The notes below the pieces were generated by a model. The model did no database searches. It was not told the origin of the DNA and was given only the letters and a program-made list of their open reading frames with translations. DNA of 64,000 nt. Origin: Candidatus Parcubacteria bacterium (GTDB taxonomy: Bacteria > Patescibacteriota > Minisyncoccia > Phycocordibacterales > UBA918). Where the stretch lies: contig JAACPT010000002.1 of NCBI GenBank assembly GCA_009995385.1, positions 759-64,758 on the forward strand. The letters run 5' to 3'. This document shows, piece after piece, positions 24,992 to 34,172 of the stretch (position 1 is its first letter; every line of letters starts with the position of its first letter). Made by a program: the position numbers and the translations under genes.

Positions 24992-26896
24992 TTATCCCGT
25001 CCAGGCAAAGAGCATAATCGAGAAGTCAGTCAGACTGACCTTACTATCACGATTAATGTCGGCAGGTGGGTCGGAATCACCACCGTTACTATTCCACCAG
25101 AATAACAAAATCGAGAAGTCAATGAGGTTTACCTTACCATCACGGTTGAGGTCAGCATTAATTGGCACCTCGGCTGTTTTGCCAACACCGTAAAAAGTGT
25201 ACTCTGACCAGTTGGTCGTCGCGCCACCTTCTTGCGCAGACTTGGCGCGGATTTGATAGGTACCGACAGAAAAACTAGCAGTATCAACAGTGGTTGTCCA
25301 AAGTCCAGAAGCATTAGAAGTCACCGATATATCTTTCATGATAGTGGAGCGAAGTTTACCGTTTTGTAGTGATACAGTGGCGTTGGGAAGCGCGTATCCC
25401 GAAGCAGTCAGTGTTTCTCCAGGATTAACTGGATTGGGAGTAACTAGAATAGATGGTGCAACATTCACATTACTGAGCGCCGAAGTACGAGCACCAGTGA
25501 CCGTAAAGGAAGTACTAAAAGTCGAAGATTTGATACCATTAGGTCCAGTAGCATACACTCCAAAGGTGTACACCCCGCGCGCAATCTGATCAAGAGTAAT
25601 AGAGTAAGCCCCCGCAGCGGTAGCTTTGGTGGTATTTAAAAACTTCCCGTCTACCAAAATGCTTACCGTACTATTTGGATAGGCATACCCGGAAATCACT
25701 ACTCGCCCATCACCACTACGGTATGGCGCATCAGTAGATTCAAATCCACCACCCGCAGTGCTACCAGAACCTCCGCCCGAGCCACCGCCACCGCCACCGC
25801 CCGAGCCACCAGTACCAGAAGAACCTCCTTCCAGTGGTTGTTCCCCACTCGATTGTCCTGTCGTGCCACCTGAACCAGAGCCGTCACCGGTTCCGTCATT
25901 GCCTGACCCACTACCATCACCACTCACATCACCATCGGTATTGGCGGTACCAGTCGGAATATCATTCACCGAGAACTCAATAAGAAAGTCATCGGTATTC
26001 ATATTGCCTTCATCGTCAATACACCGCACAAAGAATCTCTGCAAACTATTTGGTACGACTGCCACAATAGTAGAGTGAAAAATGTAACCAGTATTAGAAA
26101 AAGTAGACGACATAGAAGCATACGGGGTGCCAGACTCCGTATCAAACCGACAATTCGAAAGTTCGTCAGTTTCTAGTGATATTTCTACACTGAGAGTAGT
26201 ACCACCAACGGTACTCGTTGGAGCAGGGTTAAATCGAAACGGCGGTACCGTCTCTCTCGTATCTACTCCTGGGAAGTTTACTTTCTCATTTAAGAAAATT
26301 ACAAAATTTGCGTTTGCCACTACGCCACCATCGTAGATTTCAACTTTTACTTTATGTACTCCAGTTGAAATGGCGTTCATAATTGGCTCAATATCACCAG
26401 GGGTCGTGGTCGTACCAGTAGATGTACTGAAGGTAGTGACAGGCAAAAACGCATTAGTAGTGTGGTTACCGATACGGAACTGCAAATGACTACCCGCAGT
26501 AAGCGTAAAATCTGGCGCCAGTGTATACCGAATAAAACCGGGTGTACCGGTAGTGAATTCAACCTGATCAATCCCTGATGCGGCTACTGCTGCGGCATCA
26601 CGAGGAAAACCATTTACCCACAACTGCACATTTCTTTCTGCAAACGTAGAAGTCGCGAGAAGAGTAAATTGGTCTGGTAAGGTAATCTCGATACTCCCAC
26701 CCGGAGAGACTGTCGTACCGACAGTAAATTCAAGGGTGTGATTTGAGTACTCACTCGGTCCTGAGTCGCTCAAGACATCTCGATACTCAGTAATATTAAG
26801 CGCTTCGACGAACTGTGGAAACAGTAAAAGTAGCCCCACTATCAATGCGATAGTGAGCGGTAGAAAAATCGACCACGATTTCTGGACGCTGAACAT
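24992..26896 (-). CDS. Secreted protein with an N-terminal signal peptide, a Gly/Ser-rich linker, Ig-like domains and a C-terminal type-I dockerin module.
   Basis: Duplicated calcium-binding dockerin segments 'DLNRDGKVNLIDFSILLFWW' and 'DINRDSKVSLTDFSIMLFAW' lie at the C-terminus. The signal peptide is 'MFSVQKSWSIFLPLTIALIVGLLLLF'. Confidence 0.7.
   Translation of the reverse strand: MFSVQKSWSIFLPLTIALIVGLLLLFPQFVEALNITEYRDVLSDSGPSEYSNHTLEFTVGTTVSPGGSIEITLPDQFTLLATSTFAERNVQLWVNGFPRDAAAVAASGIDQVEFTTGTPGFIRYTLAPDFTLTAGSHLQFRIGNHTTNAFLPVTTFSTSTGTTTTPGDIEPIMNAISTGVHKVKVEIYDGGVVANANFVIFLNEKVNFPGVDTRETVPPFRFNPAPTSTVGGTTLSVEISLETDELSNCRFDTESGTPYASMSSTFSNTGYIFHSTIVAVVPNSLQRFFVRCIDDEGNMNTDDFLIEFSVNDIPTGTANTDGDVSGDGSGSGNDGTGDGSGSGGTTGQSSGEQPLEGGSSGTGGSGGGGGGGSGGGSGSTAGGGFESTDAPYRSGDGRVVISGYAYPNSTVSILVDGKFLNTTKATAAGAYSITLDQIARGVYTFGVYATGPNGIKSSTFSTSFTVTGARTSALSNVNVAPSILVTPNPVNPGETLTASGYALPNATVSLQNGKLRSTIMKDISVTSNASGLWTTTVDTASFSVGTYQIRAKSAQEGGATTNWSEYTFYGVGKTAEVPINADLNRDGKVNLIDFSILLFWWNSNGGDSDPPADINRDSKVSLTDFSIMLFAWTG
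25756..25935. repeat. GGN/GCC-rich simple-sequence tract encoding the Gly/Ser/Asp linker of the dockerin protein.
   Basis: ccaccgccaccgccaccgcc... on the plus strand; the translation is 'GDGSGSGNDGTGDGSGSGGTTG...SGGGGGGGSGGGSGS'. Confidence 0.5.
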
Positions 26897-26951
26897 AGAT
26901 ACTCACTCATTGTACCCTACAGAAGCACATAATCTTTGCGCATTACACAGG

Positions 26952-27371
26952 TCAGGCATTGCGCAATTCACGTAGGCGAAGATAATCAAGGGTGTAATTG
27001 AGCAATATCAATATAAGAAGAATAAAGAGAACGCTCGATAAGATATACGTGGCGGTACTAGAATCACCCATTCCCGTAGAGAGCTCGACTGTTATCTCGC
27101 GTTCCCGCAATGCTGCCTCACGAGCAGCGAGTTCACGTTCCTTTTTAGTCAACTCGGCAGTAATTTGATTGAGTTCGTTTGGTTGTACTGCCGCACTCAT
27201 ACCAATGACATTGGCTAGGTAAAGGTGCGTCTGCTTGGAAATATCTTTAGTAGATTCACGAACTAATCCACTTTCAAAAGCCAAGACTAGTGCACAGAGG
27301 AGCGCGGCAGTACGTAGAAAACGATGGTAGTTACTGTCTTGTTGCAAATGCATACTCATATAGTGTACCAC
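26952..27371 (-). CDS. Small membrane protein with a coiled-coil segment (hypothetical).
   Basis: ORF with an N-terminal hydrophobic segment, the coiled-coil stretch 'ELTKKERELAAREAALREREI' and a C-terminal TM helix. Its ATGA start/stop overlaps the upstream gene at 27371. Confidence 0.5.
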   Translation of the reverse strand: MVHYMSMHLQQDSNYHRFLRTAALLCALVLAFESGLVRESTKDISKQTHLYLANVIGMSAAVQPNELNQITAELTKKERELAAREAALREREITVELSTGMGDSSTATYILSSVLFILLILILLNYTLDYLRLRELRNA

Positions 27372-28465
27372 TACGCAAAGAGTGCGAGCAGTACAATCAA
27401 CGATAAAGCAATGACTGTAAGTGTTACCACCAGTACCAGTAGTACTGCCGAGGAATTGCTTCTGCTACGGCGATGGACAATTCGTCTACCCTGATTTAGA
27501 TGTGCGAGTGAGCGGCGAATGTACAATCGAACAAAAATAAAGATGACAAGTAGTAGTACCCCCAGCGCGACGAGTGCTGGTCCGATGATGTTCATCGGGA
27601 GAATCCAAAACGTGACTGAACTCGACATGGTCTTCTTCGCACCACTCTCGCCGTATACCGGACTGAGTATCGCTTCATAGCGCCCAAACCCAATTGAGTC
27701 ACCAGTCCAAACAATGTTCTTGAATTCACGAGTGTCGTTAGGGAAGACTGAGAAACGTTCTTCGTTAAACATCAAATCCCCTACCTTATTGCCAAGCATA
27801 TTGTAAATTTCAAGCGGACCCATTGGACGTACGAGGACATTACCATTATTTTCGATACGAACATCAAACTCCACGTTCTGTGAACCATGCAAGAATTTGG
27901 AGGTAGAAAACTGGCGAATACTAGCTTCCTCTACAATATCTCCATTTACTCGAATACTGAGCACACTCGCGACCTGATATCCAACCGCTGCACCAGAATT
28001 TTCAATCTTTGGTGGGTCAACGGAAATAAACACTCCACCAAAGTGACTACCTGGCGAAGCATTCATTGGGACAGTCAACGTCATGTCAACAGATGATTGA
28101 CCTTTAGCTGGAATAGTAATTTCACTGTATGGAAGAACGATCCAATCTGCCAGCTCGTATCCCGTCTGCTCAAAGTTATCGGAAGCAAAGATTGGTACTC
28201 CCCCTTCTTTCACACCAGAAATATTTCTGGTGAAAAGATAGTATGTTTGTTCAGCAGCATTTAGATTTTCAATACTCAGCGAATATTGCTTGGTAACCCC
28301 AGGATCAAGCGTCTCTTCAAGCATCGCTGGTTTGATACTCACCCCTACTTGCTGCGCAAAAGCGAGCACCGGAAAAGAAAGCCAAAATGTAGAAACTATG
28401 AATAGTGACAAAAAGAAATGTTCAACAATAGCCCGTAGCATACGAGAGGAATAAGTCGAATTCAT
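27371..28465 (-). CDS. DUF916/DUF3324 cell-surface protein (CscA-like), with a signal peptide and a C-terminal TM anchor.
   Basis: N-terminal signal, then 'VGVSIKPAMLEETLDPGVTKQYSLSIENLN...GSHFGGVFISV' (DUF916-like). This is followed by '...VEFDVRIENNGNVLVRP.GPLEIYNMLGNKVGDL...' (DUF3324-like). The C-terminal TM segment is 'IIGPALVALGVLLLVIFIFVRLYIRR'. Confidence 0.55.
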   Translation of the reverse strand: MNSTYSSRMLRAIVEHFFLSLFIVSTFWLSFPVLAFAQQVGVSIKPAMLEETLDPGVTKQYSLSIENLNAAEQTYYLFTRNISGVKEGGVPIFASDNFEQTGYELADWIVLPYSEITIPAKGQSSVDMTLTVPMNASPGSHFGGVFISVDPPKIENSGAAVGYQVASVLSIRVNGDIVEEASIRQFSTSKFLHGSQNVEFDVRIENNGNVLVRPMGPLEIYNMLGNKVGDLMFNEERFSVFPNDTREFKNIVWTGDSIGFGRYEAILSPVYGESGAKKTMSSSVTFWILPMNIIGPALVALGVLLLVIFIFVRLYIRRSLAHLNQGRRIVHRRSRSNSSAVLLVLVVTLTVIALSLIVLLALFA

Positions 28466-28525
28466 AATATAAACCTATCTTAATAATCTTCATATCATAC
28501 CATCGACCAATTCTTCATTTAGGTG

Positions 28526-28574
28526 ACTTATGTACAACAAAAACCTCCCAGGGAGGTTTTTGTTGTACATAAGT
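28526..28574. terminator. Perfect 24-bp-arm palindrome (acttatgtacaacaaaaacctccc a gggaggtttttgttgtacataagt). It is a putative bidirectional intrinsic terminator after the WxL-like gene, or a protein-binding site.
   Basis: Read directly from the sequence; it lies 10 nt downstream of the 28585 stop. Confidence 0.5.
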
Positions 28575-28584
28575 GTGTAGGAAT

Positions 28585-29685
28585 TTAGAAGGTCGGAGTA
28601 GCGATATATGTCAACGTTGTGTTGTAGTCATCAGCTGCTTCCTGAAGTGGAGTGATTTCGATTTGGTATCCGATATCAGTCTGTCCTACGTCATCACCAG
28701 TGGAATCAACGGTAAAGGTCGTACCATCTGATGGACCATTGTGAGCCATCACTACACGTGGAGTCGTACTAGCCGACACCCAAGTATTAGCGGCAGTAAA
28801 GTCTGTTGCCCCTTGCAGGTTTCCGTCTTCTGTGGTGAGACCCCAGTGACCGTACGTATTCTCATCAAGGAGAGAATTTGAAGGATTTGCCCAGGCGGCT
28901 GGAGTGTCGTCATAGGCACCGTCTGCAAAGCCATCAATGTCTGCTCCTGTCGATGATTGAAGATTTCCATCTTGCTCAACAGTCACTACAAAACCATTTT
29001 TAGCATTCGTCGTTACGTTAAGTCTTTGTGCCAACGTCTTGATCTGACCAGCGGTAAGGACTCCGAATGGAATTTCTGTTGGCGTGGTTGAACCGGTAGT
29101 CGAAGTACCATTGATGGCAGTTGAAGTAGCCAGACCAGTGATAGTGAAGTTGAAAGTTGTTTCAACGACAGCGGTCACGAGGACATTATCAATGATGGCG
29201 ACACGAGTCTTACCTGTGTCAGTTGGAGTAACTACGGCGATTTCGTATGAACCAGTGGTTCCAGGATTGGTAATCTTTCCGTCTGCGATCGCGACTACTA
29301 CTTCTTCTGTGGCGTTAGCGGTGGTGTCGAGTGAAAGAGTAAGCACCTCCCCAACAGCGGTCAATGAGTCTTGCGCTGCGGCTCCTCCGTTAACGGTTAC
29401 TGTTATGTCCCCGCCTGTCACAGTGTTTACTCCAGTAAAGCCAGCAGGGAACGTGATAGTGAAAGTGCTGGCAGCACCAAGAGTTGAAGCGGTTGGAATA
29501 GTAAAAGCGATGGTATGCCCTGAGGTGACGCTAAGGTCAGAGTCAGAGAGTGTATCACTAATGAGTGTGAGGTTAGCTGCTTGCGCAGTGGTATAGAGGC
29601 CGATTGACCAAAGTACCATTGCACTTGCAACAAGTGTCGCGACCACCCGTTGCGCAAAGCCAACGTGAGTTGCTTTTGCGAACAT
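28585..29685 (-). CDS. Secreted beta-rich surface protein, WxL-like (CscB/C-like); the assignment is tentative.
   Basis: Signal peptide 'VVATLVASAMVLWSIGLYTTAQA', Thr/Val-rich beta segments and a 'GHWGL' motif. It sits next to a DUF916/DUF3324 gene, as in Firmicutes csc clusters. Confidence 0.4.
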   Translation of the reverse strand: MFAKATHVGFAQRVVATLVASAMVLWSIGLYTTAQAANLTLISDTLSDSDLSVTSGHTIAFTIPTASTLGAASTFTITFPAGFTGVNTVTGGDITVTVNGGAAAQDSLTAVGEVLTLSLDTTANATEEVVVAIADGKITNPGTTGSYEIAVVTPTDTGKTRVAIIDNVLVTAVVETTFNFTITGLATSTAINGTSTTGSTTPTEIPFGVLTAGQIKTLAQRLNVTTNAKNGFVVTVEQDGNLQSSTGADIDGFADGAYDDTPAAWANPSNSLLDENTYGHWGLTTEDGNLQGATDFTAANTWVSASTTPRVVMAHNGPSDGTTFTVDSTGDDVGQTDIGYQIEITPLQEAADDYNTTLTYIATPTF

Positions 29686-29989
29686 ATTATATGAATATTA
29701 TTTTAAATAACTTTCTTCTACGTTGTACCAACGAGAAGGTTTCGATGGCAGCTTTTGTGGAGAAGATACTTGTTCCAAATTATTTGAGAAAATCTCAGCC
29801 TGTTATGGAACAGTGTATCACTGCTATCGAACTACCATTAGTATACAAAGTCTTTTTGAAATCGTCTTATGCTCACTGTTGATAACCGTAATCTCATGAC
29901 CTTTGTACTTTTTTTGTAGCTATATTTTGAGCCAATTTATGCTTACAGACTGGAAAATACCGATTGATTGGGTAAAGAACACGTGTCGA

Positions 29990-31246
29990 TTAGACACTGT
30001 CTGTCTTTACTACTGCTATATCAGACCAGCGAGTCGTATACGCTGGTGAACGGACTTCAGCTTTAGCCTGCCAAGCGGTGTTCTTAAGATGACTTCCGAA
30101 GAGAACTACTTCTTTCCCACCACGGCGATTAAGGGCATCAACCACCAGCATGAGACGCCCGTCGTCAGACGAACCAACCGCTCCAAATAACTTCAGATTT
30201 ACCCCCGCCACTGGAGTGAGCTCAAGTAGAGTCACCCCAACTTTTTTATACGGCACACCGGCTTCAAACAGCTCATCAAGAAGCGTTTCTGCCACCTGAA
30301 GGAGCGTCAAAGTATTATTGGTAGGGATAGGTAATATCGCCTCTCTTGTACCGCCACGTAGCACAAAATCACCGTAGCGACTAGGATATATAGCGATTCT
30401 GATATGACTTGTCACTTGCGCTTCGGCGCGCAAATCAGCCGCAGTATGACGGACATGATATGCCACTGCGTCTGCGAGTGTCGAACGATCAGTGACTACA
30501 TTCTGGAACGAGCGAGAACTCATGATACTGTGCTGGGGCTGGTGTTTTTGCTGTAGCAACAAGACCGATGTACCACTGAGCTCTTGTTGCAAACGTACTC
30601 CATTGCTACCAAAAAGTTTCACTAGTCGAGCCGAATCAACTGTAAGCAAATCGGCCACCGTTTGGATTCCATGTTGTTTGTACCGAAATTCTAGTTTCCC
30701 GCCCACTCCCCATATCTGAGCCAACGGAATCGCTTGAACTTCTTTGAACCAACTTGATCTATCAAGAACATGAATCCCAGTACCTTTTTTGGCTCGGCCA
30801 TTAGCGACTTTTGCCAATGTTTTGGTTGGAGCAATTCCAACTGACACTGGAATACCAACCGACCGTTCGACTTCATATTTTAACCGAGAAGCAACTGCAG
30901 ACGGTTCAACATCCACTCTGAAAAAAGCTTCATCTATAGAATACTGTTCGATCAAATCAAGCTCCGCACGCATTACCGAAAATACCCGCCTGGAGATATC
31001 GCGATACAGGGAAAAATGTGAAGAAAACACGGTAATACCGTGTTTTTGTACAGTGTCCTTTATCTTAAAATAAGGGACACCCATAGAGACACCAATGTCC
31101 TTTACTTCTTGAGAACGAGCGACAACACAACCGTCATTACTCGAAAGTACCAAGACTGGCTTTCCGATAAGGTCGGGTCTAAATAGCCGTTCGCACGAAA
31201 CGAAGAAATTGTTGCAATCAAGAAGTCCAATGAGTGGTGCGGTCAT
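29990..31246 (-). CDS. umuC: Y-family translesion DNA polymerase, UmuC-like (Pol V catalytic subunit).
   Basis: 'LLDCNNFFVSCERLFRPDLIGKPVLVLSSNDGCVVARS' at the N-terminus and 'SPAYTTRWSDIAVVK' at the C-terminus; both resemble E. coli UmuC. Confidence 0.8.
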   Translation of the reverse strand: MTAPLIGLLDCNNFFVSCERLFRPDLIGKPVLVLSSNDGCVVARSQEVKDIGVSMGVPYFKIKDTVQKHGITVFSSHFSLYRDISRRVFSVMRAELDLIEQYSIDEAFFRVDVEPSAVASRLKYEVERSVGIPVSVGIAPTKTLAKVANGRAKKGTGIHVLDRSSWFKEVQAIPLAQIWGVGGKLEFRYKQHGIQTVADLLTVDSARLVKLFGSNGVRLQQELSGTSVLLLQQKHQPQHSIMSSRSFQNVVTDRSTLADAVAYHVRHTAADLRAEAQVTSHIRIAIYPSRYGDFVLRGGTREAILPIPTNNTLTLLQVAETLLDELFEAGVPYKKVGVTLLELTPVAGVNLKLFGAVGSSDDGRLMLVVDALNRRGGKEVVLFGSHLKNTAWQAKAEVRSPAYTTRWSDIAVVKTDSV

Positions 31247-31264
31247 GCTAATAGTATAGCAAAA

Positions 31265-31287
31265 CGGCGCGCCCGTAGGGCGCGCCG
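31265..31287 (-). terminator. GC-rich hairpin (cggcgcgccc gta gggcgcgccg) followed by TTTT on the minus strand. It is an intrinsic terminator after the GH18 gene.
   Basis: Read directly from the sequence. Confidence 0.6.
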
Positions 31288-31300
31288 ATGTACTGCGTAC

Positions 31301-32500
31301 CTAGAATAATTTCCAAATGTCAGGATCTTCTTCTCCATCAACTTTGAAAATTGCGGCGCCACGTAAATTATATTTCTTTACTAACTCAAGCTTGTCTTCG
31401 ACTGCTTTAGCATCACTCCAGGTAACAAACCGAACTGGTATTTCTACCTTGGCAACTGTCGCCACGAGCAGTGCCTTGGCAGCTGCTTCATACCCATTTG
31501 GTGTTCCTTTAGGAGTAGGGAGTTGATTAAATATTTTCCACACGGAATCCTCGGGGAAATACGAGAGCACCGCTTCCCCACCTTCAGTACGTCCGATTAC
31601 TGCTCCGTACTTTTTTGAAAGTTCGAGAATACGAGGGTGGTTAAGGGAAGCAACTCGTTTGTAATCTCGGTACCAGTCCGGTGCAACAGTAATGTCCCAA
31701 GCGCGCCCATAGGTCGCTACGCCGAGCATAATCTTGTCAGCAGCAATATCCTTCAACGCTAATTTAATTACTTTTTCTACCCATTCATTATCTGCTACCG
31801 GCATATATGGCACTCCCCTTCGTTCATCGTTGAGTTTTAAATCAGCCCGTTGTTGATCGTATGCCATGATTTCAACCCAATCACAATAACGATTCATCGC
31901 CTTGTAATCATTGGCATATTCAATAACCTTCGGTACTTCACGCCAGCGAGAATCGGGCGGAGTCCGGGCTTCGATGGTACAAGTGAGATCCTTACTTCCC
32001 AGCGCTTTAGAGAGTTCTTTTAAGAATGAAGAATAGTGGTCTTTAGTCTCTGATTTCTTTGCTTCATAATCAATATTTACCCCATTGAAATCATACTTTT
32101 TTACCATTTTTACAATCGCTTTCACGTGCGCCGCTCGGGCAGTATCGTTGCTGAGTACAGCGTGAATCGCAACTCCATCAAACCACGCGATCGTGGGAAT
32201 AATAGCTACTCGACCTCTTTCCGCTTTTTTAAACAAAGCTCGCCAGTGCTTATCATCAAAATCGACTCGATTCTTGAGTGTTCCATCTAGATTGACCTCA
32301 TAGACGAATGGGTAAATTATATCGAGCGAATTTATGTTTTTTAGAGCACTTTTTGCTCCCGCCTCTTCTGTCCACCACGGTACCCAGGCTGCCACCTGCT
32401 GACTTGCACCATGCGCAAATGTTGGCACCAACAGAAAACCTAGCAGCATCAACCCCACATAGAATTGTTGGGGTATATTTTTGATATGTTTTTGTGTCAT
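31301..32500 (-). CDS. Secreted glycoside hydrolase family 18 (chitinase/YdhD-like) protein.
   Basis: Signal peptide plus the GH18 catalytic motif 'FNGVNIDYE' (DxxDxDxE). Confidence 0.75.
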   Translation of the reverse strand: MTQKHIKNIPQQFYVGLMLLGFLLVPTFAHGASQQVAAWVPWWTEEAGAKSALKNINSLDIIYPFVYEVNLDGTLKNRVDFDDKHWRALFKKAERGRVAIIPTIAWFDGVAIHAVLSNDTARAAHVKAIVKMVKKYDFNGVNIDYEAKKSETKDHYSSFLKELSKALGSKDLTCTIEARTPPDSRWREVPKVIEYANDYKAMNRYCDWVEIMAYDQQRADLKLNDERRGVPYMPVADNEWVEKVIKLALKDIAADKIMLGVATYGRAWDITVAPDWYRDYKRVASLNHPRILELSKKYGAVIGRTEGGEAVLSYFPEDSVWKIFNQLPTPKGTPNGYEAAAKALLVATVAKVEIPVRFVTWSDAKAVEDKLELVKKYNLRGAAIFKVDGEEDPDIWKLF

Positions 32501-32530
32501 ATACGTACAGACGTGAAGGAGGCTGCACTC

Positions 32531-32974
32531 TTACGATAGTACTCGTGCTGAACCAACCACCGCCCCCCAGATGAAGCAACCTTCAGTGTCATTGATTTCA
32601 ATCGGTTCATACTGCTCATTTTCAGAAACTAATTGAAAACCGTCAGTAGTCTTTTTTAGACGTTTAACCACCAATTCTCCATATACTGCCGCCACCACAA
32701 TCATTCCTGAAGCCGGTTCAATTGAGCGGTCAACCACCAAGATATCCCCCGCAAAAATACGTGCCCCTTCCATTGAATCACCAGAGACGCGGACAAAAAA
32801 GGTAGCGGTTGGATTTTCGATTAATAAATCATTTAAATCGAGTGGTTCTTCGACCAAATCATCACCCGGAGCTGGAAAGCCAGCTGCTGGTTGTGCGCTA
32901 TACATCGTCTGCTCGGTGATCTTTTCTATAGCAACAGGGGAGATGGCAGTGACTAATACCTTAGACTGTTTCAT
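32531..32974 (-). CDS. umuD: UmuD-like S24 peptidase (LexA/UmuD family, no HTH).
   Basis: 'AAGFPAPGDD...VRVSGDSMEGARIFAGDILVVDRS...VVKRL' with Ser/Lys dyad residues. The true start is probably the internal ATG at ~32974, because the track ORF overlaps the upstream gene. Confidence 0.75.
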   Translation of the reverse strand: MKQSKVLVTAISPVAIEKITEQTMYSAQPAAGFPAPGDDLVEEPLDLNDLLIENPTATFFVRVSGDSMEGARIFAGDILVVDRSIEPASGMIVVAAVYGELVVKRLKKTTDGFQLVSENEQYEPIEINDTEGCFIWGAVVGSARVLS

Positions 32975-33017
32975 ACGTCCAGTATACGCAACAAAGAGAC
33001 GTACAGCAAAAAAGCGT

Positions 33018-34172
33018 TTACACGATGACCGCACCACCAGTTAGTAGTATGTGGGTATACCACAATACTCCCATACCGCACAAAAGTAGCACTCCATATG
33101 CTACCTGTACCATGCGGAATCGACGTGCTTCTAGCACCACAGAAATCGAAAGTAATAAAGCGACAATTATACCCATAATTACATAGACAAACTGAAGCAC
33201 CGTGTTTGGCTGAGTAGCGATAGCTGGGATAGTGCTACCAGATTGCAGTGTTTCCGGGATAGTTATTGACGTGACAGCAAGACCAGATGAAGTAGCAATA
33301 AGGGAAGATTCAATCACTACAACATCTGCTGGGGCTTCTATCTCAGCGAGGGAGACATCAGGAAGAGTCGTTTCTTCTTCTTTCAGTGGTGGCGTACCAA
33401 CTTCTGATACTGAAGTTATTTCAGAGGTGACCGCTACTTCTTCCACTCTTTGACTACTCACCACTTTGGAATCTATTATTGAGACTTCTGATCTGGTCTC
33501 AGCTGATAAGACAGCTGGTGATTCTATAGAAGTTGGTACCAGAGACTCAATTGTTTTTGCGACAACTGGAGCGGTGGGAGGAGGAGTGACAACTGGTGGT
33601 GGAGTGACTACTGGACGAGTAGCTGGTGCGCCAAAAAGTTGGACGACATAAACCGTATCATACCCTTCAAACGTACCCTTGGCAGTACCGACACCAATCT
33701 CGGTATACTGTGGACCCACGATATTTTCACGATGGGTTAGTGAATTCATCCACGCATCCACTACTTCCGTTGAATCGGTAAAATGAATAGCGAGGTTTTC
33801 TCCAGCGTGCGCGTAAACGTAGCCAACCTGATCAAACCAGTACCATGGTGAAATACCATCAGGGCTATAGTGTGCGAAGTATTGGTTTTTTGCCATATGC
33901 TCAGCTTTACGCTGTGCAGCTCTATCCAAGACTTCACTACGCACCAACGGACTAACCGCGTTCTGTGCTCGCTCTTGATTGGTAAGGTCAACCACGACCG
34001 CTGGCAATACGGTGGAGACCAGCCAATCTGAAGATTTCCAAAGAATTGCCTGCAGGTTAGCTCCAACAAAAGTAAGTAGTACTAGCGCGCCCATGAGCGA
34101 CAGAGAAAATTTTTGCAGGATAGTAAGACCACGCGGATAACTATGCATATAGTTACTATTAAACAATATCAA
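33018..34172 (-). CDS. CAP/SCP (YkwD-like) domain protein with a Pro/Thr-rich linker and a C-terminal TM anchor.
   Basis: 'DLTNQERAQNAVSPLVRSEVLDRAAQRKAEHMAKNQYFAHYSPDG...AGENLA' is the CAP domain. This is followed by 'VTPPPVVTPPPTAPV' and a C-terminal hydrophobic segment. Confidence 0.65.
   Translation of the reverse strand: MILFNSNYMHSYPRGLTILQKFSLSLMGALVLLTFVGANLQAILWKSSDWLVSTVLPAVVVDLTNQERAQNAVSPLVRSEVLDRAAQRKAEHMAKNQYFAHYSPDGISPWYWFDQVGYVYAHAGENLAIHFTDSTEVVDAWMNSLTHRENIVGPQYTEIGVGTAKGTFEGYDTVYVVQLFGAPATRPVVTPPPVVTPPPTAPVVAKTIESLVPTSIESPAVLSAETRSEVSIIDSKVVSSQRVEEVAVTSEITSVSEVGTPPLKEEETTLPDVSLAEIEAPADVVVIESSLIATSSGLAVTSITIPETLQSGSTIPAIATQPNTVLQFVYVIMGIIVALLLSISVVLEARRFRMVQVAYGVLLLCGMGVLWYTHILLTGGAVIV

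Noticed and set aside
29084-29596. 170-aa plus-strand ORF
   Set aside because: It is antisense to the WxL-like gene; its Val/Thr-rich composition mirrors that gene.
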